In this document: positions 55,997 through 64,000 of the stretch, in pieces
How positions within the stretch are numbered: the stretch's first letter is position 1
Layout of the letters: every line of letters begins with the position of its first letter
From: Eledone cirrhosa
Lineage: Eukaryota
DNA length: 64,000 bases
Direction: 5' to 3'
NCBI GenBank assembly: GCA_964016885.1
Contig: OZ024740.1
Span: 390,786,001 to 390,850,000, forward strand
Notes under the pieces: model-generated
What the model was told of the DNA's origin: nothing
What the model saw: only the letters and a program-made list of their open reading frames with translations
Databases searched by the model: none
Translations under genes and position numbers: made by a program

Positions 55997-58900
55997 ATGA
56001 TGGCTGCAACCTCGTGTTCGACCATTCCCATCGCCTGATAAAATGCTCAAAAATATGAGGCATAAATGTGGCTCTTTAAACCAGCCAAAGACTTGCACCC
56101 TCTAGCACACACATAGCAACTGTAGGTTTCTCTAGGACTTTCCACTGTTTGATTCTGACTGTGTGTTCTCATATGTCTTTTAAGATTTTTAAGACCTCCC
56201 ATGCTTGCACATTCCTTGCCACATTCCTTACACCTTTTCAGAGCATAATCTACAAGAGATCTACTGATATGACTTTCTTTGTGTCTAATCAAACCAGCTA
56301 TCCTCAGGCAGACTCGACCACACTGCTGGCAAACCAGATGTTGCTCAACAGCAGACAATTCAGAATAGTCTCTTTTCCTCCCCTTCCTTTTAAGTGTTAG
56401 GTGTTCTCTTCGACGAGTTTCAAAGTGTTCACTTCTTGATTTGATCAAACGTCCCCACTTCACACGCTCCTCAACCATTTTCTCCCATTTGTCAGATGAA
56501 ATTCCAGCGCAAGCCAAGGTGCCCCTGACACAGTCCCGGTACAGCATTTCTGGTTTGTGTGGTGGTTGCCTTCCTTCACACAGTTCTCCGTTGAGAAGTT
56601 GCTTTGGAATACGATCATCAGACATACGGACCACGTGACCGCACCACCTCAACTGAAGCCGAAAGATCATGCTCTCTATAGTCATACACCTGCTCCGTTC
56701 AAGAACTTCAAAATCACTGCATCGCATTTTGCATCGCACTCCAAGTATCTTACGAAGAGATTGTTCGTGAAACCTCTCCAGTTCCTTGGCTGCTTTTAGT
56801 ATGTGACCCACGTTTCACAAGTATAAAACAAAGAGGAGAGGACACAAGTCAGATACACTTTTACCTTGGTTTCAATGTTAATACTTCGTCTGGATCATAA
56901 ACGTTCATGCAGCCGTCCAAAAGCATCACTGGCTTTCTTGATTCTTAAGGATATCTCATCATCAAATGTGCATGGGTTGTTCAACGTACTAACAAAATAA
57001 ACAAACTTTTAGCCTCTTTCCATACACGTACACACTTGATATAGTGTATTCTTTCCCAGGTGCTGGCTGGTTCATCACAAACATCTTTTCCAAGCTTATT
57101 GTGAGGCCCAAAGCGCTGCAAACTTCAGAAAAAGAGTTCATAATATGCTACATGTCACTGTGAGTGTGCAAAAAGATCGTAGTCATTTGCATATAAAAAC
57201 TCTCGGATTTTAGATGTTAATACTTTCGTGCTTGCAAGTTGAACAACCTTCCTGAAGTGCGATACCTGATGTAAACTCCATGCGAACAATTTTTCCTGAA
57301 TGCCATGAGAAACACAATCGTAAAATATAAGGAAAACAGAGTTGGAGCCGGAATGTTCCCTGCTTGACTCCATTTTCAACTGATATTGGTTCAGAGATGC
57401 TACCACCAATAGTGACCCAAGCCTTCGTGTCATCATGAAAAAGACGCAGAATTTTCACAAACTTTGGAGGGCAGCCAAGCTTTTCCAACATTTTCCACAA
57501 CGCAGTTCGATTGACGGTGTCAAAGGCCTTTTCCAAGCCAACTAAGAACTGGTAAAGGTCCATACATTGTTCGATGCACTTTTCTTGCAGTTTCCGAGTA
57601 GAAAAGATCATATCCACTGTTCCCCTTTCGTTTCTGAACCCACACTGCGACCCAGGCAACACAATCAGAGCAGCCCTTGAGGTCAATCTATCCATCAAAA
57701 TTCGACACATGACTTTACCAACCACTGAAAGAAGAGATATGCCACGATAATTGCCACATTTGTCCTTCCCACCCTCTCCTTTATGGAAACTCACCATGAG
57801 CGCATCCTTCCAATCTTGTGGGACACTCATCTTCCCACATTTCATAAAGTCAGTCAGGCGCTGCGTCAAATTTTCACCACCGCACTTCAAAACCTCTGCA
57901 CTCAGACCATCCTCACCTGGAGACTTACTACAGATCAGCTGATGCACAGCAGAAGTTAGCTCTGCAAGAGAAGGTACATCAGCCATCTCATGCATCACTG
58001 GTTCAATAGGAATGGAGCAAAATAAATCATCATCAACCTGAGATGGCTGGTTTAAGAGCTCATCAAAGTAATCTCTCCATCTGTCGAATATGTTTTTGGG
58101 GTCGCGCAGTAACTGCTTGCCATCTTTTGATCTCAACGGTGTCACTGGTGGACCATACACCTCTCTGAGTAGAGAGTGCAGCAGTTTCACATTGTTTCCA
58201 TCAGATGCTGCTTAAACTTCATCTGCTGTGTTGTTCCACCAGGTATTTTGCATGGCCCTGAGTTTCACCTGCACCTCCTTCTTTACCTGTCTGTAACGCT
58301 CATAATTGTCTACAACAGAGCTACCACCTCCAAGAACTGCATCTAGTGCCATTTGTTTTCTGTCCAGCAGAACCTTGACCTCCCGGTTATTCTCAACAAA
58401 CCAGTCCTTGCTTTTTCTTGCGACAAAGCCAAGGACCTCTGCTGAAACATCATAGACCGAGCTTCTGAATTCATTCCAGTTGTTCGCACAATTGATGCTT
58501 TGAAGCCTGCGACGCAGCTCTTCCTTGATTCCCTCATCTTTCATACGACCTATATTCAAGCGCTTTGGAATCTTGACACTATTTGCTCTTGATTGAGGTT
58601 TGATCACACGGTTTGCCTTGGCGCGCACCAGACGATCTTCTGTCCAACACTCTGCGCCATGCAAAACACGCACATGCTTGATATCCTGCATGTTACGTTT
58701 CTTCACGAGAACATACTCGATCCAGGGTGCATCCATGTTGTCTTGAACTTATCCTTTTGCTAGAACATCGTGCTTGCAATGAACAAAACTAACTCCACAC
58801 ACATCTGTAGCAAGAGGAGACCATTGCTGTTACATTTCCCTATGTATTGTCTGCGGATCACATCCCAAGTCTCACAATCCTTGCCAACGCGTGCGTTGAA

Positions 58901-59800
58901 ATCAGCAGGTAATATAATTTTGTCTGCGGAAGGTATCTTTTGACAAGAATCTTCAGAGACCTTTAAAAGGCGAGTTTCTCGTCTTCATTGGAATTCATCG
59001 TCGGGGCATATACACTGACAATGGTAAGGTAGCGACTGTACATCAGAGGAATTCTCATTGACATGAGGCGATCACTGATGCCAGTTGGAAACTGGTCAAG
59101 TGTCGACACTAAAGACATTTTCACTGAAACATCCACACTTGTCTCCCTGTTGCATCCTGCTGCTCTGCCACTTCAGTAAAACGTGTAGCCACTGGACATC
59201 TCAGTGATATGACCTTCTTCGAGTAGCCTTGTTTCAGATAAGGTAACAATATCCATATTGTATCGTCCAAGCTCTTTAGCAACAAGAGCTGATCTTCTTT
59301 CTGGTCGTGATTCTGAAGACACCAAATCTAATAAAATCCGGATGTTCCAGCAAACAGCATCCATAGATGGCAGGATGACGCCCAGGCCCATGCTGCGGTG
59401 CCATGGGAAACCTGCAGGGCCAGACCCTTTCACCATCAGTTCCAGAGCTCCAATTGCCATTAATTCGTACATTATCATGGTTCATCATTGAATATTTTTG
59501 CCTTTTTTGGCTAAGTCCAGCCACAATGCAACAAATTATTTGTTCAAATCGATCAGGCTATGGCTGGCTTGAAATTCTTTTAAGTGAAGAAAACACAGAA
59601 CTAATCTCACTCTCTAAGCATGGAGAGCATATACCGAAAAGAACTGGTCAGCAACATCGGGTACCCTCAAGACCGTTGTTTATTCGGAGTTTCCCTCTCC
59701 TAGAGAAGTGTTGTGCCAACAGCTAAGGGGGCATCTCTCTCCCAGCAACGGGCTATCTGCGTGCCTGAACGTCAACTCAGGTAATTCCTGTCCCCGCGCA
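55997..59800 (-). mobile_element. Near-full-length decayed RTE-clade LINE with C-terminal C2H2 zinc fingers
   Basis: APE (CWNIR, ELGRYNMDIVTLSETRL), RT (KSPGEDG, NYRGISLLS, QCGFR, GVKQG), LRWCGHVVRM, several CxxC...H fingers, and a (TATG)n tail. Confidence 0.92.
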
Positions 59801-60130
59801 CACGTGTACACATTATTTAAAGAAAGAAAAGGTAAAAAGAATTTAAAATGTATACATAAATGTATACGTATGCAAAGAGACACCCGAAGATATATCAACT
59901 ATACACATACATACACCCACACACAGACTTATATATACATATATATATATATACATATACATACATACGCATATATACACACGCGCACAAAAGCAGACTC
60001 TTGTACATCCAAGGATATATAAAAGTCGAAAGATTTAAAGATTTAAAAAGTTATTAAAAAAAGGTTAAAAGAATGAAAACAGACACCCGAGGATACATCA
60101 AATATACATATACATATATATACATATATG

Positions 60131-60164
<34 letters not shown>

Positions 60165-60165
<1 letters not shown>

Positions 60166-60767
60166 GGTGGCTGCCAACTCGATTTCGAGTACGGCCACTA
60201 CTTTATATCCATGGAGAACCCCTACCGATGCGCTGAACGAGTGTGACTTTTTAGTCCAGCCAGCGACTTGAAAACTCTGGTACAAACACTACACTTGTGA
60301 CAATTATTGACACATAGTGCTGGGCCCATGGTACCATGTGACGACAAGTGCAGAGAGATCTCCAGATATAAAGCAATGCCTGTGCCATGAAGCTTTTATA
60401 GTGAGCAAAGGCACTGCACAAAGCCAGTCCTACTCTCTTAACCAAGATGATATTTACCAAAAAGAAGAACAAATCAACATCATTGGATACCATCAGGGTT
60501 GCAGGTGCTATATCAGAGTTTTCCTTCTCCTAGAATTTTGCCTTGACAAAGGCTAAGGGGTCATCTCTCCCGGTGATTTTGGATGGCCATTGACTCTTAA
60601 GAGCTCCTTTGCCCTTTGACAGGTTTTGTTTTTAGTCCTGCAGGATGTCGAAAGTCACCCTCCTCACCAAGAAACCTTGGTGGGGTTGCCAGTTTAGTCG
60701 CCAACGACCTGACCATGAGACAGGTTGTACTGGGATACATGTTACCAGTAGCACCAACTGGTGACCT
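60165..60767 (-). mobile_element. Bipartite RTE-derived short element, full length
   Basis: Near-identical reverse complement of 63054-63660. Confidence 0.9.
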
Positions 60768-60834
60768 ACATATATATATATACACACACAAACATATACT
60801 TATGAATACTCATACACCCACATACGTACACAGT

Positions 60835-60950
60835 ATTTGGATGGCCGTTGACTCTATTGAGTTCCTCCGTCCTTTGTTTGTAGAGTTTTGTTTTTCATCC
60901 CGGAAGGTGTCCAAATACCACTCCCTTCACCAAGCAATATCTACTACACA
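60835..60950 (-). mobile_element. Diverged fragment of the same RTE-type 5' head
   Basis: TTTGGATGGCCGTTGACTCT...CACCAAG resembles 60578-60671. Confidence 0.6.
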
Positions 60951-61314
60951 AAGGAGAAGGGTCAGCAGTCGACAATAAATCTAGGCTTTGTAAAACGATA
61001 CATAAGTATTCATGCGTTTGTGCAGTTAATGTGTCATTCCTATTGTTGTCACTAGATTTGAATGATGTCATCTTCAATGGATGTCAACCTTCATTTCCAT
61101 TACATTTCAAATCTGACAATAGAATGTTGTTGTCAGTTAACACTTCAACACAGTTTTTTTTTCTATATAAAAATCTGAATTGATATGTTTCCATGTCAGC
61201 CATTATTTCGGAGATTTATTATCCACGTGACATACATTTTTAAAACAACTAGCGGTTTTCTGATAGCATATGTAGTGTGCATATTGGTATTATACGCAAA
61301 TATATATGCATATA

Positions 61315-63731
61315 TTGAAACAAAATGAAAACGAAATTTCATTTCTCACTCTTAGTATGGCACTTACTTAAATGTAAGTATGCATATATACGTACATACA
61401 TATATGTATACAGACGTACAGTAGCATGCACATATATATATATATATATACATATATACATACATATGCATACAGGTACATATACATATATGCACGTATC
61501 GTGTCAGTGTTGAACAAAAAGGTGACGTGGTTGCCTTAACACCGTATGGCATAAATTCAGGCTGTTCAGTTTGTTTACAAACGAACAAAGCGACGTTAGC
61601 GCCGCTAAACTGATACGTGCATATATGTATGTGTACCTGTATGCATATGTATGTATATATGTATATATATATATATATGTGCATGCTACTGTACGTCTGT
61701 ATACATATATGTATGTACGTATACATGCATACTTACATTTAAGTAAGTGCCATACTAAGAGTGAGAAATGAAATTTCGTTTTCATTTTGTTTCAATTTAT
61801 CGTTTTCGGTATGCCTGACCGATTTAACTCACTCAATATGCAAATTAGGCTGCTCAGCCGTTAATTTTCATAAGGAAAGTATATACTTTCGAACGTTCAA
61901 CTATCTGGCAGATGGGTAAACGGTGCTGATGATAGCTAACAAGCTTGAAACTAGTACATCGTTCCTGTGTCAGTGTTGAACAAAAAGGTGACGTGGTTGC
62001 CTTAACACCGTATGGCATAAATTCAGGCTGTTCAGTTTGTTTACAAACGAACAAAGCGACGTTAGCGCCGCTAAACTGATACGTGCATATATGTATGTGT
62101 ACCTGTATGCATATGTATGTATATATGTATATATATATATATATATGTGCATGCTACTGTACGTCTGTATACATATATGTATGTACGTATACATGCATAC
62201 TTACATTTAAGTAAGTGCCATACTAAGAGTGAGAAATGAAATTTCGTTTTCATTTTGTTTCAATTTATCGTTTTCGGTATGCCTGACCGATTTAACTCAC
62301 TCAATATGCAAATTAGGCTGCTCAGCCGTTAATTTTCATAAGGAAAGTATATACTTTCGAACGTTCAACTATCTGGCAGATGGGTAAACGGTGCTGATGA
62401 TAGCTAACAAGCTTGAAACTAGTACATCGTTCCTGTGTCAGTGTTGAACAAAAAGGTGACGTGGTTGCCTTAACACCGTATGGCATAAATTCAGGCTGTT
62501 CAGTTTGTTTACAAACGAACAAAGCGACGTTAGCGCCGCTAAACTGATACGTGCATATATGTATGTGTACCTGTATGCATATGTATGTATATATGTATAT
62601 ATATATATATATATGTGCATGCTACTGTACGTCTGTATACATATATGTATGTACGTATACATGCATACTTACATTTAAGTAAGTGCCATACTAAGAGTGA
62701 GAAATGAAATTTCGTTTTCATTTTGTTTCAATTTATCGTTTTCGGTATGCCTGACCGATTTAACTCACTCAATATGCAAATTAGGCTGCTCAGCCGTTAA
62801 TTTTCATAAGGAAAGTATATACTTTCGAACGTTCAACTATCTGGCAGATGGGTAAACGGTGCTGATGATAGCTAACAAGCTTGAAACTAGTACATCGTTC
62901 CTGTGTCAGTGTTGAACAAAAAGGTGACGTGGTTGCCTTAACACCGTATGGCATAAATTCAGGCTGTTCAGTTTGTTTACAAACGAACAAAGCGACGTTA
63001 GCGCCGCTAAACTGATACGTGCATATATGTATGTGTACCTGTATGCTGATGTCAGGTCACCAGTTGGTGCTACTGGTAACATGTATCCCAGTACAACCTG
63101 TCTCATGGTCGGGTCGTTGGCGACTAAACTGGCAACCCCACCAAGGTTTCTTGGTGAGGAGGGTGACTTTGGACATCCTGCAGGACTAAAAACAAAACCT
63201 GTCAAAGGGCAAAGGAGCTCTTAAGAGTCAATGGCCATCCAAAATCACCGGGAGAGATGACCCCTTAGCCTTTGTCAAGGCAGAATTCTAGGAGAAGGAA
63301 AACTCTGATATAACACCTGCAACCTTGATGGTATCCAATGATGTTGAATTGTTCTTCTTTTTGGTAAATATCATCTTGGTTAAGAGAGTGGGACTGGCTT
63401 TGTGCAGTGCCTTTGCTCACTATAAAAGCTTCACGGCACAGGCATTGCTTTATATCTGGAGATCTCTCTGCACTTGTCCTCACATGGTACCATGGGCCCA
63501 GCACTATGTGTCAATAATTGTCACAAGTGTAGTGTTTGTACCAGAGTTTTCAAGTCGCTGGCTGGACTAAAAAGTCACACTCATGCAGCGCTTCGGTAGG
63601 GGTTCTCCTACATGGATATAAAGTAGTGGCCATACTCGAAAACGAGTTGGCAGCCACCATATATATATATATATGTGCATGCTACTGTACGTCTGTATAC
63701 ATATATGTATGTACGTATACATGCATACTTA
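61315..63731 (+). mobile_element. Tandem 468-bp hammerhead-containing array (retrozyme-like) with inverted partial copy at its left end
   Basis: Period 468 over 61501-63046. Hammerheads at 61922-61960, 62390-62428 and 62858-62896. 61315-61500 is an inverted copy of ~61612-61796. The unit resumes at 63661-63731 after an insertion. Confidence 0.9.
63054..63660 (+). mobile_element. Bipartite RTE-derived short element, full length, inserted in the array
   Basis: RTE-type 5' UTR motifs, zinc-finger remnant [17 protein letters not shown], and 3' end CGAGTTGGCAGCCACCAT. Confidence 0.9.
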
Positions 63732-63774
63732 TATGCATATAGATATATGTAAATTGAAAAGTAAATTGACAATA

Positions 63775-64000
63775 TCTTCTTCTTCATCCACTTATTTCTG
63801 AGAGGGTCGTGGGCGCAGAGTCCTTCTCAAACACTCCTTCCAGCGAGTCTGTCAGAAGCAAACATCTCTAACTGATGCAGCTGGATCCCAAAGCGTGACC
63901 AGTCAAGCTCATGGATGTTATCCAACTATCTTGCTCAGGGTCTACCTCTGGGTCTCTTGCCGGTTGGTTTTGCCTGTAAAATGTGTCAAGCGATTCTTTA
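63775..64000 (-). mobile_element. RTE-like LINE 3' end (runs off window)
   Basis: Minus strand ILQAKPTGKRPRGRP...LDNI with a (GAA)n tail. Confidence 0.7.

Overview
Eukaryotic, AT-rich, microsatellite-dense DNA made almost entirely of transposable elements. No host protein-coding gene can be supported. The recurring tRNA-derived SINE (...ttttatcgaccccgtaaggatgaaaggcaaag...gaactcag) looks like the hallmark SINE of octopod cephalopods; this is an inference from recall. Recognisable elements: RTE LINEs, a Tx1/L1-like LINE, CRE-like and R4/Dong-like restriction-endonuclease LINEs, three Penelope-like elements (PLEs), a decayed Ty3/gypsy element, a small non-coding LTR element (TRIM-like), mariner/Tc1 remnants, MITEs, a non-autonomous Helitron and SINEs. 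The most striking layer is invisible to the ORF track. I read about 20 hammerhead-ribozyme motifs from about a dozen sequence families. They lie in PLE terminal repeats, in fold-back hairpins embedded in (TA)n, and in 460/468-bp and 496-bp tandem units that look like non-LTR retrozymes (putative circular-RNA producers). Other highlights: a Neptune-like PLE whose coiled-coil ORF1 joins the RT ORF through an in-frame T-TTT-TTA -1 slippery site; an LTR element with an unusually long tRNA-Trp-like PBS and a second internal att/PBS junction; and a ~600-bp bipartite RTE-derived element sharing both ends with an RTE LINE in the window. All structures were read by eye and none was computed or database-verified.
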